Both the position numbers and the translations under genes were made by a program. Of a stretch of 64,000 nt of DNA, positions 1 through 13,500 are shown one piece after another. The stretch covers positions 97,528,001-97,592,000 of the forward strand of contig NC_087436.1 in NCBI RefSeq assembly GCF_036321535.1, read 5' to 3'. The notes under the pieces were generated by a model that saw only the letters and a list, made by a program, of their open reading frames with translations, had not been told where the DNA came from and ran no database searches. How positions within the stretch are numbered: the stretch's first letter is position 1; each line of letters begins with the position of its first letter. Source of the DNA: Camelus dromedarius. Lineage: Eukaryota.

Positions 1-1061
1 TTAAAGACAGAGAAGAAATGACTTAGCACCAAGAATCCGGAGCAGGTATCAGAGGACCAGGCAGCAGAACTCAAAATTATTCACTTCAGCATTTTCTTCC
101 CATTAGAATGTGCTGGTTTCTTGACTTCACTGGAAGCAGTAACAGCAACATTACTGCTGAGCGGTGACTCAGATTCGCCACACTGCCTATTTTTAATTCT
201 CTAGTCAAAGAAATTGTAACTATAGGAGCCTTCAATCTTTGTGGTTTTCTTCACTGTCTTTGTTATTTTGCCTTCAGGGGCTCTGCTTTTTTGGTACCGG
301 TTCTCTCTTAATTTTCTTTAAAATAAAATTGTGAACTTCAAAGTCATAAAGACAGATTGAAAAATACTACCTGTTATACATGCACAATGTGGAAGTCAAC
401 CTTTTCTTGAAGCCTATCTCTCTGGGTAACACATGATGGCATTGCTTTCAAGTTAGTTTTGACTTAAGTTCTAAGAACTAGAATCATGTATACGGAATGA
501 CTGCCAACTTGAATCCATTAATGAAATAATTCAGAGTAACTGAATATAGTAAGGATGTAACAATGATCACGGCACCATCTTAGGGAGTGAAAATATTAAA
601 TTGCAGAATTTCAAACTAACTCCCAATAAATTTGGAAATTTACTTCCAAGCCTATTTACTTATAAATATTGCCTTAAAATATTATACAATAGATTTCAAT
701 AAATGACTATTTTTGTTAAAAACATCTATTGAGAATAATAAGTTAGTTTCAGCTGAAGATGAATAATATGTCAAAATTTAAGGTGGAGTGCTGTGTCTGT
801 ATCAATGGATGAGGGAGAGGGAATAAAGAATTGCTCCCAAAGAGTGGTCCCATGCACACAGTGATCTAGCATCAACCTTCCAGCTCTGGAGATCAAATGG
901 AATTGCTTTAGAATACTGGATAAAGTGAAAGAATCATGGAAGGAAAGCCCAGATGCAGGAGGGTCAGAGGCAACGTATGCTTGTGAGGGTAGATATCTTC
1001 TGGCTGGGATGGAAAGAGCATTAGGCATCATATGGAATCATGGGGAAATTCCTCTGAGATT

Positions 1062-1580
1062 TGCAGAAGCTGGTCTGCAAATTGATGGTCAACAATTTAT
1101 GCTATCTCTGTTTGTATATCTTAACCATTAAGAGGTGGAGTGTATTTCCCTCCCTTTTATACCTGTGACTTGCCTCTATCAATAGAATGTTACAGAAGAG
1201 CTATTGTGCAAGTAGTTCTGGATTCAGCCCTGAAAAGACCTGTAAGTGTCTACTTTTGCTCTCTTTCCAACTAGTTGTAAAGAAGTTCAAGCCTTTCTTC
1301 TGGATAGAGAGACCATGTTGAAAGGTGCTGATGCTGTTAGAAAGAGACCAAGTGGAGGAGAATAGAGGCACTTGAGTCCACCATTGGCACCACGGCATCA
1401 GATATGAGACAGAGGTCTCCTGAGAAATCCCAGCCAAGCCTGCTGAGCTTGAGTGATCTCACCTACTTCCATGGGGAGAGATCTGCCCGATCAACACAGA
1501 GAATGGTAAGAAATTGCACATCATTAATGATTTAAGCTACTAAGGTTTGGAATGATTTCTTATGCACCAAATCGTATTTC
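1062..1580 (+). mobile_element. MaLR solo LTR (MLT1, older subfamily), approximate bounds
   Basis: MLT1 blocks 'gaggtggagtgtatttccctccctt...gtgacttgcctctatcaatagaatg' and 3' 'ttaagctactaaggtttggaatgatttcttatgca'. Confidence 0.75.
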
Positions 1581-3534
1581 CTGCTCTAGGTTGGAGAAGT
1601 ATGAGTAACTCTTTCTGTCAGGGAAAATATTGGCAGAAGTGTAGGTGTAGGAGTAGTGATGGGTAATGGAAGAAACATGTTTTTTTCCTTGAAAGGGAAC
1701 TTTAATAGGTAACAGTTCTGACTTTTTATGCCCTCCTTACTTACTCTGACTAAGAGGAAGTGAAATGAATTTGGTCTTGAGTGAGTTTGGAAGGAGAAAC
1801 AAAGCCATCTGTAGGCCAGTATTTCCTTTTCTCTTGCAATGACTCCTCAGTACCCATTCTCTTCTGTCCATCCATCTCTTAAACTTAAAAGGGTTAGTTC
1901 CAACCTGGCATGGACTGCCGTTTCTTGTACTGTACAAGTGGGTGAGTACATCTATCTAAATTTGGGGTTTGGTGTCAGGAAGACAACTTTCTTAAACATA
2001 TAAACCATATTCTACAGCATCAGCCCCATCAGTGACTCTCTGGTTCCCATTCATCAGCTCTTTGTTCAGTTTCTCAGTCATTTAGAAGTTGGCTAGGGAA
2101 GAGACATGCTACTTACAGGGCACTGCTTCAGGACTGGTGCTATTAACCTCAAATCCAAGAATGATGTTTTGAAACTCACTTTATAAACAAAGGGTTTGTA
2201 ATTTGACTATCAATTCTTAACTACTTAATCAATAATGTATTTAGTTTTATAAAATAGGGATATCCATGTATTTGAAAATGATTTGCAATGACTAAATAAA
2301 TCAGTTTTGTACCTTAGCTTTGAAATGCATTTGAAAACACACTTTCTGATTACATTGGTTTTCATTGTTTAGAAAAGAGTAAACTATAGCAAGATACTTT
2401 TTCGAGAAAGAAGGGCTTTGGGATATAATTGGATGCAAGCACATGAAGAAGGAATCAGAACACCCAGCTCTTATTGATTTTTCTCTTTTCATTCCTCTTT
2501 CTTTTCATTCCTCAGTTTACTCAACTAACCAGTACAGTGTTGTCTAACTCTCCAGTTGGTTGTAAACATGAAATGAATAATGAATAAATATGCAGAAAAC
2601 ACTTGGAAAACAACCACAAATATTAAAATGCAAGGTTTCATTCACTATGTTCTCACAGATAGGTATTATTATGTCGTTGTGGGAGTTAGGTGTTTTTGGA
2701 TACACTCCAGGCTAAGTGAAACTTTGAAATGTCTTTCTATTTGGGACCCTAGTTAAAAATCACTACAGTTCCATCTGGAGTTAGAATGAAAGTTGAGTCA
2801 TGATCATTACCAAGTGCAATAGACCCCTTCTGTACTTGTTTTGCTGTCAGTTTAAATTTTTAAGTACTATGTATATCCCCCTCTTTTAGACTGAATGGCT
2901 GCATAGTTGACCACTATTCCCTGATTAAAGTTAAAAACCACAGCACCCTTAACAGGTCATAAATCATCTCATTCATAAAGGTGCAGATTACTACAGGGGT
3001 ACAACCTCATCACTTTTATGGATGACTGTTTCTGATTAGGCAAAACGTACAACAGGTATATTTTCTAATCCTGACAGAACCCTCTGGCTCACAATGGCAC
3101 GGGAGCATCTGTCATTTTCCCTCTCAAACATCCATCAGGCAAAATTATTAAATCAAAGTGCATCATTTTTGTATAATAGAACTAAAGTCACTGCTACAGA
3201 GCATAATTCTGGAATTGACTTTTCCTGCTTTGAAAATAAACAACTTGGCTTCATGTTCATGGGTATGTAACAGCAGGAGATCATTATCTTGTGACAAAAC
3301 TCTATTTTATTGACATTATCACTAAATGATCCCTTGATAGGATTTATAAAATTTAACATACATTGAATTTAGAAAGATTCCATTCACATCACACTGACAT
3401 CTATCTACTATTTATTTTACAGCCAACATTTGAATCTAAATATAATATTTCTTTCTGTGATGTTTACTTCTTGCTTAAGTCACCCAGCCAATATAACTCT
3501 GATGAAAATTTTGATCTAATGCACAGACTTTGAC

Positions 3535-3635
3535 ACTAATGGCTTGAGGATGAATCCTGACCACAGTGCTGTGACCTTGGACAAGGTGCTTGTTCGCTGA
3601 TGGAGTTTACTTAACCTGTGAAATATGGATAATAG

Positions 3636-3696
<61 letters not shown>

Positions 3697-3785
3697 AATA
3701 AGTAATTCATATAATGTTGCCTGGATTGAATGAGTTCATACATTTAATACGCTTAAAACATTGTCCGGTACATAGCGTGAGAAGT
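3535..3785 (+). mobile_element. MIR SINE containing an expanded (GAT)n
   Basis: MIR core 'tgtgaccttggacaag...ctgtgaaatatggataatag...gattgaatgagttcatacatttaatacgcttaaaacattgtccggtacatag'. Confidence 0.8.
3637..3696. repeat. (GAT)20 microsatellite
   Basis: Perfect trinucleotide run read directly; source of the poly-Ser ORF 3516-3743. Confidence 0.98.
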
Positions 3786-4112
3786 ATGACCAACATTCAC
3801 TTTATAGCATTCACCCTTTCATTCATTGTTTATTCCTTTCTTGGTTCTGTGGCTTAGAGAAACATGCATTTAAATTCTCTGAACCACTGTGTGTTAAAGA
3901 CACAATGTGTGTACACCTCTACCTTTCAGTTGTTTGACATATTAGATGAAGCAACATTAGTAAATTATATTTTTTAATAGTTAGAAAACTAGCCCTATTA
4001 TAAATGATTCAGAGTAACTTTGAAGTTAACTCTTTACAAAAATTGTAATTACAATACTACAGAAAATTGTGTATTGCAATGAGTTACTTGAAAATTATTT
4101 CCAAATTGACTA

Positions 4113-5197
4113 TGTGTTGCTTGAGTATTTTCCTTTTCTTCCTCCAGTTCCACTCTTAACCCTTCTTAATTCGGCTCTGTGCCCCCAGAAGGCTGGCATC
4201 TATGTGTTAGAGCAGTCAGATAGCTAGATCTGAGCAGAGAAAGGGGCACACGGGCCAAATGCCAGAAAACCATACATCTTGTGAACAAGGGGGCTCGTTG
4301 GACAGACTAAGAAAAGCAAGATCCTCCGGACTGATAAGAAACCATAAATTCTGGGTTGACAAGTGTCCTGGAGGCAAAGAAAGGTGGGACAAGACAGGAA
4401 TCTCCACCATCTGAATGTAACCTGTCATTCATTATGACCTCTATCTGAATGTAACCTTTTGTTCATTATGTCCTCATCTGACTTCCCAATCAAGACTAAA
4501 TAAGGACCAAAAAATCCCTCCTCCCCTCTTAGGAAGGGGGAGCTGGAATGAAGATCAGGAAAGATGACCCCAAACCCCTCCATGCCAATGAATATTCTGC
4601 CCCTTCATTTTCACACCCGTATAACCAGCTTGCCAAAGAAACTCAGAGCAGCTACCCACCAGGGTCTGCTCACTCTTTCCTTGACAGCGTACTGTCTATC
4701 CCTTAATAAATCCTTGCTTTGCTTTCTTGACCTCTGTGTCTTGTTTCTGAATTCTTTCTGCAACAACACAAAACTTCTCTTTCATGACATATGGACTGTG
4801 TCAATCTGCACCTTTGTCTTATGGCTTCCTAGTGGATTTGCTCTGGGCGTGGGGGGGATTAGCTGAAGATGAGAAGTCAAAAGTGAGGGAAGTGAGGGTA
4901 TGTGTGATCTTGATTCTCTCTCTCCACCAGGTCACAGGGAATTGAGTGTCTATCTTTATGGAAGGCCACACCCTGGTGAGGTGGCCCTCTCCAGACAGCT
5001 CTGACTGCTTTGGTTCTGATAACTGCTACCTCTTCTTGCCCATTTAGACCTAGGGACATTAAGACTCCAGCTCTTGCCAGCCCACAGAATTGCATTGTCC
5101 CATGCTAGTTCCCCCTGATTTACCCTTGTGAAGGCCACCTTGAATTACCCAATTTGAGCGTGCCATCTGTTTTCTGTTGAGATCCTCACTGACATAT
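4113..5197 (+). mobile_element. ERVL-class LTR33-like solo LTR, interrupted by a younger LTR at 4205-4789
   Basis: 'ctctgtgcccccagaaggctgg...tatggactg...tggcttcctagtggatttg' joins across the insert; 3' end 'gaattacccaatttgagcgtgccatctgttttctgttgagatcctcactgacata'. Confidence 0.7.
4205..4789 (+). mobile_element. ERV1-type solo LTR, 585 bp
   Basis: TGTTA...TGACA termini; perfect 4-bp TSD TATG (4201-4204, 4790-4793); AATAAA 4705-4710; homologous to 45469-46086. Confidence 0.92.
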
Positions 5198-6693
5198 ACA
5201 TCTAAGTTTGAATTGTAGACCAATCAGTTGTATCTGCAGCATGTGAAAATGTTAAGTGCTTCAGAGAGATAAATTTTATGGTGGTTGAAATTCTTTACTG
5301 TGTGCAGGGTGGTGGTTGAAGTGCTTGTTTTATGTGTAATCGTTTTGAAGATGTGAGGGTGTTTGTCATCCTCAGTAAAACAATTTTTTTAAAAGTGTTA
5401 AAAAGTATACTGCCTTTTGGAAACATAAGGTCAGATTAGCATTCATTTGGATTTCACAAGGTAACTGAACGCACAGATTTGAATTGTAAAGCAGCTGTAA
5501 TTATCTTTTTAACAGACACAGTAACTCTTCTTGGCAACTAGCACTATAATTATAGACATTGTGTTCAGTACAAACTTCCATGTTTTTGACAGGCTAGAAG
5601 ATGAAAAGATACACAAGTATTTTCTGTTGTTAGTCTCACTTTTTGTCTCTTCACATCTCTTTACATCAGAAACTCTGACCCAAATGGGATTTACACTTCA
5701 TTATTCATGACATATTGTCCTCTTTAGAGGAATAAAGAAACTATGCCTTCATGGAATAGAGCGGATGTTAGTGGAAGAATGCGATTTATTGTTCACATGA
5801 TGATAATAATCTTTCTAAAGAATAAAATGTGCCTAGGTATTGCAATATTCAGATAAAGCAAATAAATAATATTACAATGTAGTAACAGTACAAATGAAAT
5901 AATTCTTCATAATCAGAGATACATCAGAGTTATTGGAAATAACATAGCACATCTAAAAGTCAGGAAAAATACTGGAGCAAAAATTTAAAAGTGAATTTCT
6001 GTTTGGGAAATCATTTGGGAGTCCTATGATACATTAGTCATCAGAGCAATTTTTGATTATTCAAGCAATGCCTAAATTAGGGGCAGAAATTCACACTCAA
6101 GAAAGTTGCAAACCACAGAAACAAACCTCAGTGTCCCTGATTTTCATATCCCAAATTTCACACCTCACCTTCCTAGTTTCCCTCTACCGATTTGATTGAT
6201 AAATGCTAAAATGTTTATGGATACGAGGCAATATTTTTGCTTAATTTTTTGAGAATGCAAATCATACTTTAAAAATGAGCATGTCTTAAATTTCTTTTCT
6301 ATTCTGACTTGACATGAAAATATTTATTGTAACAATTAGCTGAGTATTTAGGTAATAGTATGGATATTCCAAGAAAATAAAAGGAGACATAATTTGTTTC
6401 AGAAAAATAATTTAAAAAATAAAAAGTAATGGGAGGATTGGTTTAGCATTTTCAAGGAGAAAGTTTAGTGGGAGGTAAAAGAAATTTCTGTGATGTTCTA
6501 GACACTTAATGGATTTTGTTATTTAATTATAAATAGTAAAAATTATATATAGAAAATATCATCATCTCATCTTCCATTCCATACACTTCCATAGGGGGAG
6601 ACAGCCCTAAGTTTAAAAGAGCTAAAATGAAACCTTGCTCTGACTTACATAGCATGCAATTGTTGCAACTCAGAACCCAGTCATCTCTGGGAG

Positions 6694-7090
6694 TGGCTTA
6701 GGCAGCTCAGGCTGCCATGACAATATACCATGGACTGGGTGGCTTAAGTAACAGAATTTTGTTTGTCACTGTTCTCGAAGCTGGGAAGACCCAGATCAAG
6801 GTGCCATGATGGCAAAGCAGGTTCTATTCTGAGGCCTCGGGGCTTGTAGGTAATCACCTCACTTTGTGCTCACATGATCTCTTTGTGTGTGAGCAGAGAA
6901 AGAAAGCTCTAGCTTTTCTTCTTCTTCTTCTAGGAAGAAATCTCATCACTAATCTCATCATGGGGGCTTCAACTCGTGACATCATCTAACCCTGTATACC
7001 CCTCAAGGCCTTACCTCCAAATATAATCACAATTTGGGGTTAAAGCTTTAACATGACTTTTGGAGGATCAGACACATTCAATCTATAACA
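6694..7090 (-). mobile_element. MaLR solo LTR (MLT1A-like)
   Basis: 'gctcaggctgccatgacaatataccatggactgggtggcttaagtaacaga...agatcaaggtgcca...gacacattcaatctataaca'; degenerate 5-bp TSD gggag/aagag. Confidence 0.85.
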
Positions 7091-8189
7091 AAGAGGGTAC
7101 TTCTTTACATCAGTTGATCCGTTGGTATTCTGAATTGGGTGATAAAGAAATTTATCCTAAAGGTGATTCTCTTTCTTTTCTTTCTTCTTTCCTTCTTTCC
7201 CTGCTTCCTTCCTTCTTTCTTTGAGGTTTACATGTGACTATGAGTAAATGTAAATAGATGATGTGTTCCTAGCTGATCTCTTCCATAAGAAAAATATGGT
7301 TGTTCCTCATTTAATTTACAATTTCATTTATAATTACATTATTATTTTTTCACGTAATGCCAAAAATTAAACATATTTTCATAGTGTACACTTTAACAGC
7401 ATATAACAGTTTTTCAAAATAGTAAAGAAAATTAAAATTTTAGCTCCAATTTTATTACCTAGCTCTCAGAACCCATCTCATCTGTTTGTAGCCTCTAGGG
7501 TAAGAATTACAAAAAACAACCCCCCTGCCCCAAAAAACAGTGTTTATTTTAGACTTACCTTCTGATTATTTCTTTTTTCACTTTAAATCTGTACACGTGT
7601 ACATATAAGTTCTTTACTTTATAGGAATACATATATTGAGAAATATTATATCACCCTTCCTAATTGTTCCTATTATTCAGGAAATGATAAAAGTGATTAA
7701 AAAAATAAGACTGTGATTTCTAGTGCTACAAAGTAAAGAAAAATATATTTGGAAAAAGGTGGACAATTAGACCTAAGAATAAGTTACAGTTTTAGGAGCA
7801 GACATGAAGTAAATCAGATGCATTTAAAAAAAAGTGATAGATGTTGAGAGTTTGACAATTAGAATAGTCAGGTGTAACTTCAGAGAACATAACTGTGAAT
7901 AGAACAGACTGATAAACCACTCAATATTTTGCCTATAGTGTTTTAGGTTACGGTTCTAGTCTTTCTCTTAAATACCTCTCTTCCTCTTATTAGTATGTTT
8001 TTAAACAAATCAAAGGGGAAAAGCTATTTGATTGAATAAAATAGCTTCTGCACGTCACATATAGTGTTGGAATTCAGGAATTCTAACAAATTAACATCAA
8101 CTCTACTGGGATGTTCTAAGAGACGTGGTCAAGACTTTCTTTCCATGCCAGTTTTAGAAGGAAGCCTCCAAGCACTGATCATCCTCCTA

Positions 8190-10640
8190 TTAGGGTTCTC
8201 AGGCATATGTCGTAGCCCAGTGAGATGCCATACAGATTTGGTCAATGACAAAAGTAAGTGAATCCATAACATTGATTGATCAGAGGAAGACGTAATAAAT
8301 TATTTAAGAATTGTGATGATGCATATGATTAGATGAAGCTAAAAGATAGGGCCCAACCCAATCAGTTAAATTTGTGAATGACTCGGTCTGTAGCCATAGG
8401 GGACATTCCGTGACATTCCACAGAAATTATGGAATATGCTATAGTCTATACCAGACCCTACTGATAAGAAAAATGCATAATTTATTATCAGGTCATTTGG
8501 ATTTAGTTGGACCCATTAAAATCTTGATGTCTGCTCTCCTGGAGGCTCCTTTTAGTCCTGAGACATGAAGTCGCACATTGACATGTGGTCCAGAGCACTT
8601 AGGCATGTAGCAGGCTGAACTCAAGCAGCATCGTTAAGGCCATGTGATGTTACTGCACAAATGATTATGGAAGTAACCACTATACAGACAGAAAGAGGAT
8701 GGGGTCTATTGCAGAAATCTAGTATTTTCCCACAGCAGTGATCATTGAAGCTTTGGGCTCGTAAGTTACCTGATGCAGTGGATAGCTATAGCTCCTTTGA
8801 GGGACATATGACAAACTGCTAATGAACTTTGGTGAAACATCACCACTGAGAGACATCAAATAAGTTAAGAACTGAAATGCCTTTTCTGTCATAGTTGTAT
8901 TTCAATAAGGATGGACCAGTTCAGCAAAGCTCAAAGATAATGTAGAAATAGATTACAGTAATATGCCACCTATGTATCATGACCAAAGACAGGTTACATC
9001 TCTGCTTTTGGATAGGCAATCCCCAAAGAAATGGTCAGTAACTATTAATGGATAAAATATATTTAAATATTCTCCATGAACTTAGCATGGAGCAAATTGT
9101 CTGGTTGACTGATGGAAATCTCAAAGTAAGGAATGCAGTGTCATTTGAAAGTCTGCTGCTATTCACTTTGGCTGAGAAAGGAAAAGATGAACCTATACAA
9201 TGAGCAGAAATGAGAATAGTGTATCTGGTACTGAAGGAAGAATTAGGCTCTCACTTCCAGGTTAATGCTTGGGTTTTGGCCAACAGTTTTGTTGCATAGT
9301 CTGCAAATTGGATCCTAGATAATTGGATATTTAAGAATACTCCTAAATGGAGAATGCAATTCTGGAAATCTTTGTGGGAATTTGGGGATAAATTAAAGTA
9401 GCCTTTAGGATGTCCCCTGTATAGTCTACTTACACTTCAAATGTGGGCTGGCCTGTAACTCATGTTGACCAGTAGACTGTGGAGAGGGTCCCTGCACCTG
9501 TTACATGTCTAGACTTCAAGATGACAGGCAGCTGCTGCTTCCTCTCACGATCATAAGCTCTGAGATAATACGTAAGAGGTATGACTACTCTGCTGAATAT
9601 ATGGAGAGAGCCTATGGAGAAGCCACTTGGAGAGGAGAAGCCTTGATGTCACATGAAGACAGGGAAAGATGCAGGAGTCCCATCATCACACTGAGACTCC
9701 AGGGACTTCAGCACCAGCTGTCCTCTCACTGCAGTTGTATGAGACACTCCAGGTGAAGCCAGTGAAACAACTTCCCAGTACATCCCAGTGAATTCACAAA
9801 ACAAGGAAAGATAAAAAACAATTTTTTAAGTTTTTTTTTAAGCTACAAAATCTTGAGGTGGCTTGTTATTTAGCAATCAATAACCAAAATAATGACTCTG
9901 GCTAAGATTCCCAAAGCCATATGATTTGGTAAAGAATTCATAAGTTTACTTATAGAGGTAAGTGAAAGTAAAGCTTACATTAACAATAAACCTAGGATGG
10001 AAATTATTCTGTAAATTGTTTTAAAAGCCACAATTGATACAATATCCTTGAAGACTGATGAGCTGAAAAACTAATAATTGTACCTTTGGAGTGTTGTATA
10101 CCTCTGCTAATTACCTGTAAAAAATATAAGTAGGATAAAGAGGAGAGGGGAAAATAGTCTAGTTGATAACAGAATGTTAAAAAAATTAAGCATGTATGAT
10201 CACAATAACCATATTTTTTCTAACTTATTGACTGATACAAATGATACTGACTGATAGTATTTTTGTATGTCTATTATTATGCATTAAATGTTATAGAAAT
10301 TAATCTAGTATACATTTTAAGAAAATGCTGAGAAGTATTAACTAAGGGATAATTGACAATGATCAGATGGTGAACTTGGAGGAGGGGGAGGGTAAATAGA
10401 TAATTCTTTTTTCTCTCTTCTACCTTCTGAAATGCCAAAGGACCTTTGGTCAAATACTCCTTGTAACACTGACTTAGGAAATTTCTAGGAGAATACAGGA
10501 TCCAAGGGAAATGAGAATCTGGCCAACAACTGAATACTAGAGCAACACCTAGACTTTAATATAAATATTGACTAATGAGTGATGACTAACTGGTGCTGAC
10601 GAGATGCACCTAAACCAGAGAACGGAAGCTAGTCACATAT
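8190..10640 (+). mobile_element. Decayed ERVL-class (class III) pol: RT, connection, RNase H and integrase-core remnants, interrupted by MLT1 and other inserts
   Basis: Frameshifted translation gives collinear motifs QAYVxSPVRCHTDLV (~8200), HNIDxD (YIDD position, ~8266), KIGP..QSVKF, PTDKKNA..SFGF, xGPE, YSSFEG, VWLTDG (~9100), Q*AEMRIVYLV, NAWVLANSF, TLAKI (~9895), TFG...TDLGNF and HLNQR (10440-10622). Confidence 0.75.
9410..9890 (+). mobile_element. MaLR solo LTR (MLT1) nested in the ERVL pol
   Basis: 'tgtgggctggcctgtaactcatgttgaccagtagactgtgg'; 3' 'ttaagctacaaaatcttgaggtggcttgttatttagcaatcaataacc'. Confidence 0.75.
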
Positions 10641-11534
10641 TTCTAAGTCTATTAATTAGGAAAAAAAGCTGAAAAGAAGTTTAGATCTGATGACTTCCCT
10701 AAGCTGAGGTTGAACACATCTAATCATCATTGTGACCCTGCAGTGTCAAGGACAGAGTGATTCCAAGATATTCAGATGCTCGACCTGGTTTTCTATTGTG
10801 TTTCTTATAATCTATGGTGTTACTTGCTTATCAAATTTCTTAAAGCCAAGGAAGTTTATTGCAGGAAGAAGCTACTATATCTCATAAATTTGGTTGAAAA
10901 TATGAACTCAGTATTACTGGACCTAGGAAAGTGGAATGTTCTTTGGTGTTAAGGATCATATATTCTCATGGCAATAGGTAAAATTGTTTCATTGCCTTAC
11001 TCTGATTGCCTTAGTCTTTGAGCATCTAATGATGACACGTTGCTATCTTCTTTTGGGCAAGGTACTGATATCTACTGCTAAAATCTGTAGGTAATCAAAT
11101 TTATGGTTTGCTCCCTGTTGGCTACAGTTCTTAGAGAGCTCAGTGACACTATTGATATTAGCACCACAAGAACTATCATGTGGCACGTTTAATAGTCCTT
11201 TGGTGCTCTACTGGGTGTCCCTCCTTTGCATCATGACCATCTGGAATGCAGCAGAGGACTCTGCCTTTCTCTAAAATGCTTAAAAGCTTCCAATTTTGTA
11301 AGTGATAAACAAAACCCCTAGTATATCTTGTTATTTCTAGCTTTTGCTGGCTTCAGAGTTTCTGCCCAGACAGGGGATCTAGGACACATTTCTCAGTTCC
11401 TGTCCTTTTCCTTCAAATCATTCAATTGTTTTTTTTCCTGCTTGGAAAAAAATTTATGTCCTATGTTTTTCTTTTTAAAGGACCACCCATCTTCTCCCTT
11501 ACATGGAACTATAATTGAATACTGAAACTAAAGA

Positions 11535-13500
11535 ATTCATTCATTCTACATCAAACAAAATCAGTGTCTATTCTGAGTCACTTTTCTCTAGATGCTGGGG
11601 TTATAGCTGTGAAAAAACAAGATAAAATCACAGATCTCGTGGAATTTTACATTTTAGTGAAGAGAAACAGAAAAAAACAAAAAGTATAGAGGCAAGAAAA
11701 CTGATAACTGCTAGAAACACAACAAAACACTATGACTTGGGTGATAACTTAGATTGGGTGGTCAGAGTAGGTCTTACTAAGGAGGTGTGTTTGGGCAGAG
11801 ATCTGAATGAAAGTAATAGAGTGAGCCCTAAAGGGATGACAGAACAGAGGATCCAAGTGAGAAAACAGTGAGGACAAAAAAATAGTTAGAAAGCCCATGA
11901 AGCAAGGGAGTGAAGAACCACTGGGAGAAGAGCGGATTAGGCCAAAGAGCTCAGTAGGCAGCAAGTCACGTAGGAAATTTTTACTATGATGAAACATGTG
12001 GATTTGAGTCCATATGCAAAAAGGAAGCTTGGAAGATTCCAAGCAAAAATGGGACATTATCTGACTTATATTTTTCAAGAGTCAGTTTTGGTTTCTTTGG
12101 AATTTTATGTAGAGAGTGTAGCAGGGTAAAGAGATTTGTCATTGAAGCTACTTCTGAAATCTGCATCAGAAATGGTGATGAATGGAGAGAAAAGAGAATC
12201 TGGGGAGTACGTTTTTGAGATAGGGCCTACAGGACTTACAAATGGATAGGTTGTGATATAGAAAGAAAAATAAGAAAGTAGGAATGATTCTCCATTTTCA
12301 GTTTGAACAAGAAGGTAGATGGTGGCTCTGTTTAGAGGGATGGATAAGATGAAGAAAATAACAACTTGGGCAGGGATGGGAGGAGAGGAGGGCGATTGTT
12401 TTATTCTTTAAATATTAATTTTGAGATTTCTTCTTGGACATCTGGTACAGATGGTTTAGTATGTGAGTTTGAATCTTACAAAAACTTCCATGTTGGAGTT
12501 ATGAATTAAAAGTTACAATTATAGTATTTAAAGCGCTCATAAAATAAGGTTTTATGGAAAGAGAAGGCCTAAGATCTACCTTGGAATAATAACAACACTT
12601 AAAATTTGAGTGGAGGAAGAGATGGAGAGAAAGAGTGATTAGTTAATTAAGAGGAAACCTAAGAGGATGTGCTGGCATGGAGGACAAGTGAAGAGAGCGT
12701 TTTAGGAAGTGGGGAGCGGTCAACTGTGTAGAGCACTCCTGAGAGGTGAGTGAATGGGGTGATGCATATAAGGATGTGTTCTTTAACCTTCCAGGTCCAC
12801 TCTTTATTATTCACTTACCTGCGTTCTATCCCCAAAGGCTGAGATGTGCTAAATAATCGAGTGTTTTTTTGATTTCTGGATTTTGTCAGCTCAGTTGACT
12901 GGGACCCCCAGCATGAGATCGGATAGAAAGACGAGAGTCAAGTCAGAATGTTTATTTCCTACCTCCTTTCTTGGGGGCTTGCCTTGGGCTGGCTTTGTTC
13001 CTTTATTGGAAGACATAACTCCTCTCTACGTGGCCCCATCTTCATTACAGTTTTCTTTCTGATTAGCAAGTGTGTTCTTTCATATTTATTCCAGGATTAG
13101 GGTTAATAATAGCACTACTGTTAGCCAACCTTGGGTGCTATTTTATTCCTGTGGTAACTCTAGAGTCTTCCCCTCTTTTATAATTAAACCCTGTATTCAA
13201 CCTTCCTTGAATTACACTAACTTTTATTATGTTATAGGGTTCCTGTTGCAACCCTGAATGAGGCAGTGCATTAAAATGACACTGGATTGCAGTGTGGATG
13301 TTGCAGTGGTCCTTAACAAGAAATTTTAGCTGCACAAGGATTGTTGGAACCTAACTAGAGTATGCGCACAGGGAAAGTGAGGTGAGGAATTAGAAACAGC
13401 AGCAGTAGAACTAATTTTTAGGACGGTTTGCTGTAAAGGGAGCAGGGCATTGGGATGGTTCTGAAGAAGGTGTGGTATGGGAAACATTACTGAGAATGAA
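11535..13500 (-). mobile_element. L2 LINE 3' portion, interrupted by LTR33-like LTR
   Basis: Reverse L2 tail 'attcattcattc...ctagatgctggggttatagctgtgaa...ctcgtggaattttacattttagtg' and purine-rich L2 body continuing on both sides of the LTR. Confidence 0.8.
12767..13265 (+). mobile_element. ERVL-class LTR33-like solo LTR
   Basis: Similar to 4113-5197; 5-bp TSD atgca/gtgca (12762-12766, 13266-13270); ATTAAA near 3' end. Confidence 0.7.

Noticed and set aside
3516..3743. Poly-Ser protein
   Set aside because: Translation of the (GAT)20 microsatellite
4113..13265. Full provirus LTR33 - ERVL pol - LTR33
   Set aside because: The right LTR has its own 5-bp TSD and sits inside a continuous L2; no PBS or gag remnant is visible after the left LTR
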